From: Laetmonice hystrix
Taxonomy: Eukaryota
Direction of reading: 5' to 3'
Assembly: GCA_965235115.1 (NCBI GenBank)
Contig: OZ249445.1
Location: 13,206,001-13,270,000 of the forward strand
DNA: 64,000 nucleotides
Part shown: one piece after another, positions 12,394 through 25,000 of the stretch
Position numbering within the stretch: position 1 is the stretch's first letter
How the letters are laid out: every line of letters begins with the position of its first letter
Position numbers and translations under genes: made by a program
The notes under the pieces: model-generated
The model's input: the letters and a program-made list of their open reading frames with translations, nothing else
Told to the model about the DNA's origin: nothing
Database searches by the model: none

Positions 12394-14559
12394 AGAAAGA
12401 CCGATGTTGAATCCTGACGATATATTTCCATGATGCCCACCAACACCTCATGATCATCACTCGTACCCTCTAATAGTCATATCATGGATCTTATCACGGC
12501 CATGAACCCCCACACTCTCCTTACAACAATCTACCACCCACCTATATTAGTGACTGATAAATTTTACAGCGTTAGATTTAATTACTTTTTGTCGCCTCAA
12601 CGTAAGAAACGGGAAAGTGGCAACACCCATATTGGCAGGCGTAAACACACGTACTTCCGGTAGACGTCAGCTTTGTGGCAGTAGGAATGTTCTACCATAC
12701 GGTTTCTAACGGCTGCTTCAGTCCGCCATGCTATCCCAACTCATGCCGTGCACAGTTATGATATCATATTGTCACTGAAGGGTTCATATTGCCCTCGGGA
12801 GCAATTCGCATGGATCGGCCCAGCTTGGGGTAGGCCCACCATGGTTGGTGTCCTCCGTCTTATTTACCCGTAAGGCAAAATCTAGGTCTATCCACACGGA
12901 CCGGAGAGTTGCCAAACTACCGACAGCACCCGGTTACTTTAAGAAATAATCACGGTTATAAAAGATCGTTGTAAAGGCGGGCGTAAGGGAAATCGTTAAT
13001 TAAAGTAACGTTAACGTACGCACGGTCCTGAAACAGGCGAACGGAACGGGGGTCTTACTCAAATAATTATATAAATTAGGCTCTCTACTGAAACACTAAA
13101 TCCATCAGAATAAAACTAAATTCATCTCTTGTGGCCGAAATGAAAGTTACATGGGGAGTGGCGCCGAACCGGCGCCCACTATTACGGTGTGGCATTTCGT
13201 GACGACTCACTCAGTGTACTTATGTCAGACACCAACCTGCGCATAATATGGTGGCGCTCACGTGACCTATAGCCGCCACCAAGTTAGCTACTACAGCACA
13301 TGACATTTATATAAAGGACACGATCTCCGTGCGACAGAGCAGGCTCCACGCCGTACTTATCTATATCCTCGTGTAAATCAGGCTACAGCTCAGTGAGTTA
13401 AAGGTTGGGGGGGATCTTCTGGCTTTGGGCACATTCGTTTGAGAGTTACACATAAACTATCAAACACAGAGGAATCCATACCTTTATTTTACTGACCATG
13501 TTTTCAAGCAGAATATGAAAGATGTTGACAGGTATAATGTGGACGATTGAGTGTTCTCTTGTTTATGTTTTGATCTATACCTGGTGGGATGAAATGGCTT
13601 AGCTCGGCAATAAGGTGGCACGCATGCCGGTATATCTCGCGTACCCAGCCTAATTATCCGCGTGTCGTGCGTGCCATGGTATTACATTTGTACATGATAT
13701 GCTACTGTCACTGATCCCGGTAACCATAATGTCATCATGGTGATAATGTGGTCAGTTATAGATCATAAAACGATCTTTCCTCATTAACATATCACAACAC
13801 ATTATCACTAAGGATAACTATACAATTAGGAAAAAACTAATAACATCATTTCTTCCTGTAACGGATAATCACACAATCATATCACTGTTACGAGAACAGG
13901 CTTTCTGTAAATATAGCTATCATCATTAAACAATTAATTAGCGGAACGAAAATGTTCTTCAACAAGTTCAGAACACAGAAAGCTTGCCCTACAAAACACA
14001 AATTGGTCTCTGAATACTGATCGCTCTTTTAGCGCCGAGCCCCTTGCCGATTCTAATTATTTCAAAATAAAATGGAATTAATGACAACAACACTTAATTG
14101 TGGTCGGCCACCGTGGGTAATCGGGCGTAATTCTCTGACCGCTAACAAGGCGTACACCTTGTCTCGGAGTCAGGGCGACGTCTCGCATGGATGGCGGAGA
14201 TGATGTTGTTTATCCATCTATTCTAAAATCCAGCTGATCTGGAGAACAAACAGAGTTTCAAATCAATAGCCACCGAATAATATGAGGATTGTGTGATAGA
14301 AATGTCTGGGTGGATGCCCTGCTGGTCTTGTATAGTCGACTAACGAGGTTCGAGCCCTGATCGACGGCGCCTCCCAGCGAGTGATTGACAGGTGTCGGGG
14401 TAAGTGTGAGGGGGGAGCCGGCAGGAGGTCGTCTCGTGTTATATTAGCACCCTGTCTATGGGTCACAGTGACCGACCAGACCCTCTGCCCCGACCGTCCA
14501 CTGACAGACGCTGTGCGTGCGGCATCAGTCCCTCACACGGCTCGGCTTGTAGTAGCCTC

Positions 14560-14860
14560 AACGACTCCAGTGACGGAGAGTAGCGAGTGAGGACGCGAGC
14601 GTCCGTTACCCAGCGCTGTGTGAGACTAGGCCGGTGATTGGTGGCGGCAGCAGGGCGGGCAGCCAGCAGACAGATCGCAGATCCTGCTGTCCACTTGACG
14701 GCTCCCTCCGACGTGCTAGCCGCACGTCAGTCAGTCCCAGGCCCCGCGCCATACGTGCCCGTCGTGCCTGCCAACCTTACCGGACGGACGGACGGACGAG
14801 CGCCGGGTGGACGAGCAGCAGTAGCTAGGACATATCTGGGATCTGGACCCTCTCAGTGAG
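14560..14860 (+). promoter_or_regulatory. CpG-rich promoter / non-coding first-exon region of sFRP (inferred)
   Basis: GC- and CpG-rich island with ATTGG (CCAAT box, 14637-14641) and GGGCGGG (GC box, 14653-14659), 0.6-0.9 kb upstream of the sFRP ATG. Confidence 0.45.
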
Positions 14861-15450
14861 AGATCAGGAACAAGTGCACAAACCACCACCACCACATTGA
14901 GACGTCAGCGTCAGACAGACAGGCAGACAGACAGACAGCAGTGATTGCACGTGGCTCAGCCTGTTTCCATCTCTCAATCTTCACACCAGACGTTTCCCTA
15001 TCCCCGGTGGTTTATACTGCCGCATTACAAACACGTTAAGTAAGAGCCACTGGGTATGACACTTCATCCACTGTTATACACCAAGGAGCCAATATTTCAC
15101 CGTCTGCATGCAATTCCATGTGGAAGGCAATAGGTTCACACCGACAGCGACCTCAGTAAGCTGTCCCATATAAAGTGCTTTTACGGATCGCGACTCCTGC
15201 ACAACCCGAGCTGACGACCTGGCACTCTACTTACAGAATTTATCGTGCTTGCTTATCCCGGACTGAAGTCTGAAGAAAACCGTGACAAGAGGTTTGTGTC
15301 CGATTTCCCTAACAACCTTACAACTGAAGACGAGGGGACGGACAGGAGGAGCGTGTTGGCCAGTATTGCTGGGATAAGTTATTCTAAGTTATTCTAAGCG
15401 AGGGAATGTATGATTGGGATTAACCCAGCCGGCGTGTTAGGATACATGAC

Positions 15451-15475
15451 TCTAACTTGTGTGTTTAGTTCACAG
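15451..15475 (+). promoter_or_regulatory. Branch point and acceptor of a probable 5'UTR intron of sFRP
   Basis: tctAAc at 15451-15456 and ttcacAG ending at 15475, 14 nt before the ATG at 15490. Confidence 0.5.
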
Positions 15476-15489
15476 TGAAAATCTGTAAA

Positions 15490-16048
15490 ATGTCGGCGAA
15501 CTACAACGTCATGAAGAGCGCCACCGTTATCGGGGTGTTTGTATTGCTTGCCGTCTGTGCAATGTCTGCGAACGGAGCGCCCGATCTTCCTGCTCGCCAC
15601 TCAGACTCGGAGTACCTGTACTCAGATATGGACATGGGCGATTGGTCCAAGGACTGGGCAATGCTCAGCGGCCGACTCCAGCAACCCAAATGCATCGATA
15701 TACCCGCTAACCTGTCGCTGTGCCAAAGTATCGGCTACACTCAGATGCGCCTGCCCAACCTGCTGGACCACGACACAATCCGTGAGGTGACGTCACAGGC
15801 AGCCTCCTGGAGACCACTCCTGGGTATACGGTGTCACCCGGACACCAAACTCTTCCTCTGCTCGCTCTTCTCTCCAGTATGTCTCGACCGGCCCATCTGG
15901 CCGTGCCGGTCGCTCTGCGAAACGGTCAAGACGAGCTGTGAGGGCTTCATGAACAAGTACGGCTTCCCTTGGCCGGAAATGCTCCGCTGTGACAAGTTCC
16001 CCCTAGATAATGACCTCTGCATCGGGGTGCTAAACGATGCTAAAGCAG
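15490..16048 (+). CDS. SFRP1/2/5: sFRP coding exon 1 (signal peptide + CRD); start may alternatively be the ATG at 15511
   Basis: Frizzled CRD; donor G/GTATGT at 16049. Confidence 0.95.
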
Positions 16049-19000
16049 GTATGTCTGACACCTACTCGTATACTAAGATACTATAAATGGATCAAACAAA
16101 TCCTCACCACTTTTTAGATTCTACTCACACCAAATCGAGTTAAAGCTAGTCTATACCGAATGTGACATTCATCTAAATTCAGGGCGACTTTCACTAAAAC
16201 TCAAAAAAAGACGCGTGAGAAACCTTTGGAGAAGTGGATACCTGCCGATAATTTAATCACCATCATTTTCCTAAATTTTATGTTGAGAGGCACCGCACTG
16301 CACGAGTGATCCGAGCCAAATTAATTGTTGTATGAGGACCCGCGTATTAATGCCAGCATGCACAAACCGATTAGACCTTACAAAAGATACCGTTCGGTAG
16401 CCTTTCCATCCGTCGACACTGTCTGTGGGCCTATAGAATCTCTGTGTCTGTCACCGCCACGACCAGACGGCGGCTGGATGACATAGTCTTTGTCTGGATG
16501 ACAATGGCCGTCACTGTGGGTAGGTGGGGGCTGACTGCCACTCTAAAAGTCTCCAAATGTGACGACCCCAGATACAGGCGACGACCCCCCCCCCACCCCC
16601 ACCCTTAGCCCACACCCAATCAGCCCGAGAATCCCCATGCCAACCTTTGCCTTCTTATCCAAGGGCACCGCCGGCCGGCGGCCACCCCCAGGGGCCCGGG
16701 ACCTCTCGCCATGTCGCCCCGTCAGCCCAATTGGTTCAAGTCTCAGATCAATCAAAGCCAAGCAATTGGTTATTGGATTTATTCCATTCGGCGTCGGCTC
16801 CGCGATCGCCGTTATGCCCCTCTGTCACGCTTCCGCTCGTCAACGCCCAAATCTTGAACGCCATCTTAATTGAATTTCACGCCCGCTATTTTCGGTTAGG
16901 CCCCTGTCTGGCCCCAGCGGTGTTAGAATGCAAATCGATCCGAAGCTTCGATTATCTCGCATTCTCCTAACTTAATCGAAATTTGAAGGGCTGAATTGAA
17001 ACCGGTGCGGTTTTCCTTTTTGAACCAACTTTCATTTCGGCGATACGTCAATACAAAAGGTTGCTCGACATACTGTTCCAACGGTGTGGAAAAGATATAG
17101 ATTGGGCTTTGTGAAGACTGACTCATAGAACAACTGTCTATTTCCCTGTCTGCTTGCCTTTTTCTGTCTCTGTCTCTCCCTGTCTGTCTGTCTGTCTGTT
17201 ACCTCTCTCTCTCTCTCTCTCTCGCTCGCTCCTTCTCCTCCCCCTCTTTCTCTCTATCCTCCCTCTCCTCCCCTTCCCCCTNNNNNNNNNNNNNNNNNNN
17301 NNNNNNNNNNNNNNNNNNNNNNNNNNNNNNNNNNNNNNNNNNNNNNNNNNNNNNNNNNNNNNNNNNNNNNNNNNNNNNNNNNNNNNNNNNNNNNNNNNNN
17401 NNNNNNNNNNNNNNNNNNNNNNNNNNNNNNNNNNNNNNNNNNNNNNNNNNNNNNNNNNNNNNNNNNNNNNNNNNNNNNNNNNNNCCCCCCTCTCTCTCTC
17501 GTTCCTTCTCCGTCTCTTTCCTCCCCCTCCCTCTCTTTCTGTCAGCCCCACATCAGACAATGGAGTTGTGCAAGTGAAATTTTTTTTCACGTTTATATTA
17601 TGTGTAAGCTACTCGACCACACGCAAATAATTCCACTGCCTTTAACCGCCTTCTCCCCCTCTGTCCGTAATAGAATATAAACAGTAAACGGGTCTAGAAG
17701 TAAACGAAGTCATCGTACTCCCTCTTTTAAAGCTATCGTGGTTTTACCAAACATATAGGTTAGGCAACATGCATGACCGACTTTTCCGACAGTCGGTGTT
17801 GCAGTTTTTCCCTGTCGCTTCACTCCGGGCGAGTCGACAAGCCAGCAATCCACGTGCCATGGTAAATACACACACTCTAGGTTACACAGAAAAAATCAAC
17901 GTCCTCCCATTCTGACCTCTATTTTCGTTTATAGCTCGTCCAGAAGTGAAAGGTAAGCACAAGAAGTATACGTCTAGATTTTTGGTTGGTTGTAGCTTTA
18001 AATGGTAAGGAGACAAGGCTATAGCATGCACGGTGGTTCAATTCACACACATATATTTGTATACATATATAGAGTAGATTCCAGTTGGTGTTTTGTAGGA
18101 TTAAGATGATGACACCTCATTGGCATATATAATCTAGTTCCCCGTATGTGTTCCCTTAAATCACACCCGAATGGTTTTTTTTACACATACGACACGATCA
18201 TGTAGGCTAGTCTAGTTTATAGTATTCGAACTTATTTATATTTCTAGATTATTCTTATTTTTTTAGATATAACTCTTATGACATCCGATAGACTGAAACC
18301 TAATTTTGGCAGCGTGACCTCGATTTATTTAACCCTATATGTCAAGTGCAATTTTGAATTTCCATTATCTTTTATATCTGACCCCAAACGCCACGGAAAG
18401 TATAACATTTGTTTACGAAATTGCTTTATATACTTTTGAATGTGCCAAATATTGTATAGGACGCCACAAGGCTATTTACCCCTTTATTCACCTAGTGAAA
18501 CCTAGTACCTTATGCACTTGACATTTGGGTTGTCAAGTGGAAATGATTTCCACATGCCCAGTACATTAATAGGAATACGTTTACCGTTTGCTTGGCATCA
18601 TGAGTTGCATGGTCTTTTTAAACACTGTACATAATAGTATCACCATAGTTGTATCTATAACACGGTATAGAGGGCGAGTGTATCATACAATCTCTGCCGG
18701 CCTACACGAGTTTAACTCTAAGATCTATCCATTTGCATGTCCTGTAAGTCAATCCTTCATTAATGACATTAAAATGTCCAGATAATAGATGTGGTAGGAA
18801 TTTCTTTCTCTGTTATACGTATACAGGTTAATTGTCTACAGTTTCCAATATTACTTTTTTTGGTAATTTTATAATCATTTAATGTCTTATGTGGTCCACT
18901 GCGCCTCATAAAACGATATCAATTTGTTATTATATATGTACCTCATATTACCAATATGAGCAGTATACTATTCTTCCCTTGGTGTAAGCCAACCAAGATT

Positions 19001-22000
19001 AGTGTCTATCAACTATAGAAACCGTTGTATGTACACATTGTATACTGCAGTCAAGACGACATTGTAAGTGAAACAGTAGCCATATCCCTCCGCTCATTGT
19101 GTCCTCAGTTTCACCCAGTGTCCATACACTGTAGTACACTGTGCCGACACAGCGTTGAGTATCACGCACAAACTTGATGTGTGAGAACAAGAAAAACGTG
19201 CACGTCAAACTCGTACAACAGAAGAATATTCTATATCCTCATTGAAAGGGAAAGTCAAACACGACAATATGCAGAAAGTATTGACAAATACTTCTACCTC
19301 TTATTTGACCATCTGGCTGTTGGCCAAGAGATCACATATTCTTCTTATACGTTTACGTTTTCCGGCGACTAATGACACCCCCCCCCCCGCAACGAATAAA
19401 AGACGATCGTCTTTTTCAATTCAATGGAAAATATTCTATTTTGCCAGCAAATTTGGCAAGGAAATATACCCAAAATTATGTAATTAGTGGCATCACTCCA
19501 TAATTAAAGACCCCAAGTACAATGTGTTTTAAGAATGCCGATTTTATCATTTTTGCTAGTTTACCTTCTAATATCACGGAATCTAGCAAGACTGTCGGAT
19601 TAATATCTTCTGTGTATAAAAATATTTATCCCAACAATGACTTACACTCTCCACAAAATACATGTTGCACGTTACGTGACAGACATGCTGCTCCACAGAG
19701 TTCAACGCTGTCTACTTCAATCATCGTTGGCTTGTCAAAGGGACAGGAAAAATTGCATTAAATTAAAGACCGTTTGGCGTATAAAATAAACATAATTTTG
19801 AAGTCGGTCCGTAAATGTTTACACATGTCTGGCCACACAATCTCGTCAGTGTCACGCATCGCATTGAGTCTCTGCTGGAGGTATAATTAAACTTTATTGG
19901 ATCGAGGTCAAGTTACGACAGCTCCAAAATAGTAAATCTGAACCAGGTAAGAATTTTAAATTCGCTCGATTCACATATATGGCTCACGGACACCCTTCGA
20001 AAGAAAACAAAGCGAAACAAGAGCATTAAACTTAAATGCAATTGAGTGAAAGTGACCAAATATACACTAGTAATCCTTCACGAGTGTGGTCGGCTTATCA
20101 GGGACCTTCCTATACAAATCTGCTGCTATTAGGCAGCGATAAAGTGTCCTGGCGATATAATCAACCTTAAGCAGGAAAAAGAGCACATTTTTCTGTCCCG
20201 CCTTAACATTGTCGTTGTATTCGTCGGTTTCGTCATGTGGTCCTGATTGAGAGACCCCGCCGAGGTGACGATCGCAATCTCCACCTCTGTGTTCACAATG
20301 TCAAAACTGATGGTTATTTGAAAGCTCAGGTAAAGAAACCTTTTGGACCATTACAAAAGGCCATGGTACATATAAAAATGTATTCACAACCTTTCGTCAA
20401 GTGGAACGGGGCAGCGTGAACGTCAACTCGACGCAGACGATATTTGACCGTCGAGTGACTTAGGCCTGACTCAGCGTTCCCGAACAGATCCTGATTGACG
20501 TTTCGACATAATGCTAATTGATCTTCTGTGTTTATGGCCACTGTGTGCTCACGTCTACTTAACACTCAGTACATCTCCACCTGACCTTTAGTCAACAGGC
20601 AACGTGTTTGACAAGAAAGGATTTGTCCGGGTGACGTCTCCGAAGTAGAAATCCGCAGAAGAAACACATTGGCGTGACATCCTTCTATACTTTAAAGCAC
20701 AAAGAATGCGGGAGTTTGGGCTCATATTCAAGGTTCCATGGATTCAAAAGGGCACATATTTATGGCGATGATTCTGAAAGTTGTCTTTCGTCATTTCTAG
20801 GATTCCATACAATGTCACACAACTTGTAATTTCGCCGTCACCGGCAGGCACCGTGACGTCGTCCTCGGTAACGTTATTATAGTACGAACGAACGCCACCG
20901 GTAATATTCAAGGGACATCATCCATTCTTATAGAAAATGATGCCCATTATATCTTCTTGGTTTGTTATAATCTTCTGGGATAATACTTCATCGTCAATAC
21001 GGCGCAGTAGTAAGGAATACGAACAACTGACATTTTCTCACAAATACCGTTTTATAATTGTGCCGTTCTGATGCCGTCTTCAGTTACCTATAGGCCTACA
21101 TACCCCTTCTCTTGCGCTTCGACAAGCGAACTGAATAATTACGTTCAAAAAGCATAATATGCACATCCCGCCCGACGTTACTTTGTTATTATTCACGATG
21201 TGCTCTCTCGATATAGGTCCGGGCTTGGCAGTATCGAATAGACTTATTTGAATTCATTAGAGAAACTTCAGCTGGCGACCGTAACACTTTTTCCGTTACC
21301 CCTTTTCGCTCAACGAAGCCGGTGTGAATTTCAAAGCAGTATATCTGAATGTGATGACAAAGACGTCAGAGTTTTTACCCGCCAAGATCCGGACACACGA
21401 TGTGTAGTCTTGTTGAACCATCTCGGGGAGAATCTCTTCTCAAATGTCTCCGTGTGTGGTCCACACACTGGATGCGCCACCTTCAGTCTTTCATTTTAAA
21501 GGATTTGTTAAAAAAAGTGGTTAACGTTTGACGTTCTGTCCATTCGCTCTATACATTTCGCCTGACAGGGATGTGTTAATAATGGGTCAGCGATTCCTTG
21601 TACGACATGTTGGTGTCAACGAATGGCATCCAATGGGTCCTTACAACAGGCTGACGTGGCGGGGAACTCTGTGAAGTGTTCGGTCCCCATACCGTGTGTT
21701 AACTGGGCGTCAGGCGGTGATTGTACACTAGACGACCCCCGGCTCGCCAACCAGCGGGTCGGTCCGGGTGCACGCCCGACGACCTGTCGGCCACCGTTCA
21801 TGTTCAAATATTGGGTTTTTACGTCGGAAACAACGACGGCCGCTCCTCCTCGGCAGGCAAGTCACGCACCAGATGTAGGAGGGAGCGGCAGGAGGAAGGA
21901 GTTTATGGTATTACCTGAAGCTGCCATCTCTTGGCAGTGTTCAGCTGTGAACGCCGGCCGGGAAGGGGGTCTGTATGCCCCAGTGTCTGAGACCGGGGGG

Positions 22001-25000
22001 GGGGGCGATTATTATGAATGGGACTTTGAGCCGTCGGGTTACATCAGATTATGCCTCCCCTCGTATTAGAATCCAGAGGCACCGCGAACTTTGACGACAG
22101 CTGTGATTAATTCTGTGCCTTTGTTGCATGGTTGGTGTACGGGAGAGAACATCTGGTGAAGGTTATCGCCCCATTATAATGTGGCTTACCCGAGATTAAA
22201 ATCCTGCTCCATCCAGCCAGGTCTGTCATGCATTACTGCTGGTGCAAGCTGTTTCTTCTGGTATTATGGTATGCATTGCGCCGTGGCACCAATGGAATTT
22301 CTCCACAAATTACAATCAGCCATCGTGGCAGAGATTTGAAGAATGGCTAACATGATGATCATCTGATCATACATGATGCAGGTCACGTGTGCAAGTCGAC
22401 CAGGAGAATGCCATTTTCTTACAGTAAATATATGTATGCTTTTAGTTTTTAACTTTAGCCACTTTTTCCATAATATCTTTGAAATACAGAAAAAGAAAAA
22501 GTAACACGTTGCGTGTGGTTCCACGGTCGTCTATTAGCATTCGCAACTAAATCACCACCATCGCGTGCACGCAGATCTGGATGCTGTCGAGGTTATTTTG
22601 GAGTGAGCTACCATTTCCCTCCCAAGTCAATACATTGAGTAGAAACGGTGCATCCTAAGTAGAAACATGAACCGCCAATGTATTCCTCTCTACATTAATT
22701 AGTATCCAGCTAGGCAGAACATGGAGATTTGTGTCCAAAGCAAAAGCTTAATTACAGAGGAGTAGATTACATGACAACTCTGCCAAGGTATACCGTTCCC
22801 AAAGCCAGACTAGACCGCGCCTCAAATATTAGTAGTGGGGTGTATTTTCCATAACTCTGCTCGCCGGGACAGGAGCTGTGGGTTGTCACACTCAAGATGA
22901 TCAATCAAGGTATACAGCCCCACCACGTCATGTATTCATCCAATGATGGCAGCAGACGCTGTAACATGTGGCAGAAATCATACCTGGGTGGTGGAGGTGA
23001 GGTTGTGGGGCGTGAGGGCGAGACTGAGCGCCACAATATTTTATGGACCACCCTACTAATTCAGGCGAAGCTATAGGTAAAGGTTGAACAGACTAGGAAC
23101 TACTACACGGTGTTATACTAAAATATTACTAACACCCCTTTTCTAACTCTTTGAGTACCTCGATTTTAAAAAAGAGAAATAAAGACAATAGACATTTGTA
23201 CACCATTATTAGATATCTTTATAGTGCAAATATCACCTTATATGCATACTACATATCTGTATATAACATCTGTAGTGAAGATGTAAGGGATAACTCTGCC
23301 CTATACGTTGGACATCAATGTGGTGTATTTGTACGTTCCCCCTTCGGCGTTGGAGAGCGGCCTGTCCGGTCGGAGCCCCTCCAGCCGCCCAGTGGATGCC
23401 CCGGACCCCGGTCAGCCCGGCCCGGTCCACCCTCCCATACTTCCCCCAATGTCATGTGTCGGTCCTTATTGCCGCTACCGTTTCCGTTGTTGTAGATGAT
23501 CAAGTTTGTGGCGCCTGCAGCAAACCGGACACGTTTGAGGGGATTGTTCACAACTTCTGCAGTGCCGATATAGGTAAGTCAAGCACGCATCTTTAAGACA
23601 CTTGATTGTGGGAGAGCCGCCAGTTGTATACCTGTAGAGATGCGTGTAGGCCTATTACTGGGCTGACCAAGTCACCCAGAATCTGGCCCTGAACAGGGAC
23701 TCTCCATGCTCATCTCGAGTACAGTATATATTGGACAGCTCTCCGCGTCTCAAGGAGCTTCAGTCATGTACCCGAGCGCTCTGTCAGCGTTTCTTTAACG
23801 TCGGTTCCAATACCGTATGGAGACTGCGCGAACACGGCTCTGTCTGCCCGTCTTTTGTCGGGGGTGTCGCAGATTAAATGATAAACCTAGCGTTTGGGGA
23901 TTACATAAATCTCCAACGAGTATAACACAGTAGCGGGTCACTATAATGGTTCTCTGGAAGGGGAGGTGGGGATGTATTTGACCAAGACAACGCACTGAAC
24001 ATATGTATAAAACGAATCACGTGATTGTGTTTCTATAAAACCGACTAGCACTGCCAGAGGTGTTACTTTGTTGAACACAGTTTTCAAAGCTGTAGGCGTT
24101 TCAATTTCTCCTCCGATAATTTCTTTCTTTAATCCGGTGCATATGTGATTGACTAGATAGAGGCTAACCTTTTTGTTTTTGTTACCCTTTTTTAAGAACC
24201 AAAGCTGAAATCTTTAACTTGGCTCAGGTGAAGGGGGAGAAGAGCCGGCGACACCGGGAGTGGTGGAATAACTTCTGCTGGCAGAGCTTAGCTGGGATAA
24301 ACCAGCTAAGTAATAAGATATAGTTGCCAGTGGGTTGAGACAGTAATTTATCTAGACTGCTCGTTTGGTGATATCTTCAAACACCTCTGACCTGAGTCGC
24401 AGGCAGACATAAGCTGTAACTAAGACAGACCGAGAGACCCGCCTCTGACAAGAGTTTTAGTCCCCAAACCTTCCAGTCAGTCCCCAAACCTTCCAGTCAG
24501 TCCCCAAACCTATCCGTCAGTCCCCAAACCTTCCCGTCAGTCCCCAAACCTTCCCGTCAGTCCCCAAACCTTCCCGTCAGTCCCCAAACCTTCCCGTCAT
24601 TCCCCAAACCTTCCCGTCATTCCCCAAACCTTCCCGTCAGTCCCCAAACCTTCCCGTCAGTCCCCAAACCTTCCCATCAGGCCCCAAACCTTCCCCGTCA
24701 GACATGCTCCTCAGACACGCACACAAGTCCTACAGGAATATCAAGTTGTTATCTGTACGATTCTATATCACATTCATTAATATCATTTAATTACCGGCTG
24801 CCGATGTGCGTACTGGCTTGATTATCTTGCCTGTTTTCCCGGTCAAATATGGTGACGCCTTGAATCGGCCTCCGGTGTTGGCGGAGATACTCCTGCACAT
24901 GTCTGACTTCTGTCATTAAAAGCCTTCCGCCCGAGGCTCCAATTTAACGATATAACCCCACCTATGTGCCAGCGCTCGGAGGGATGAAGTAGTCCTCGCT

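Noticed and set aside
21623-22069. 148-aa ORF inside sFRP intron 1
   Set aside because: No recognisable domain, no splice signals joining it to anything; GC-rich sequence lengthens ORFs by chance.
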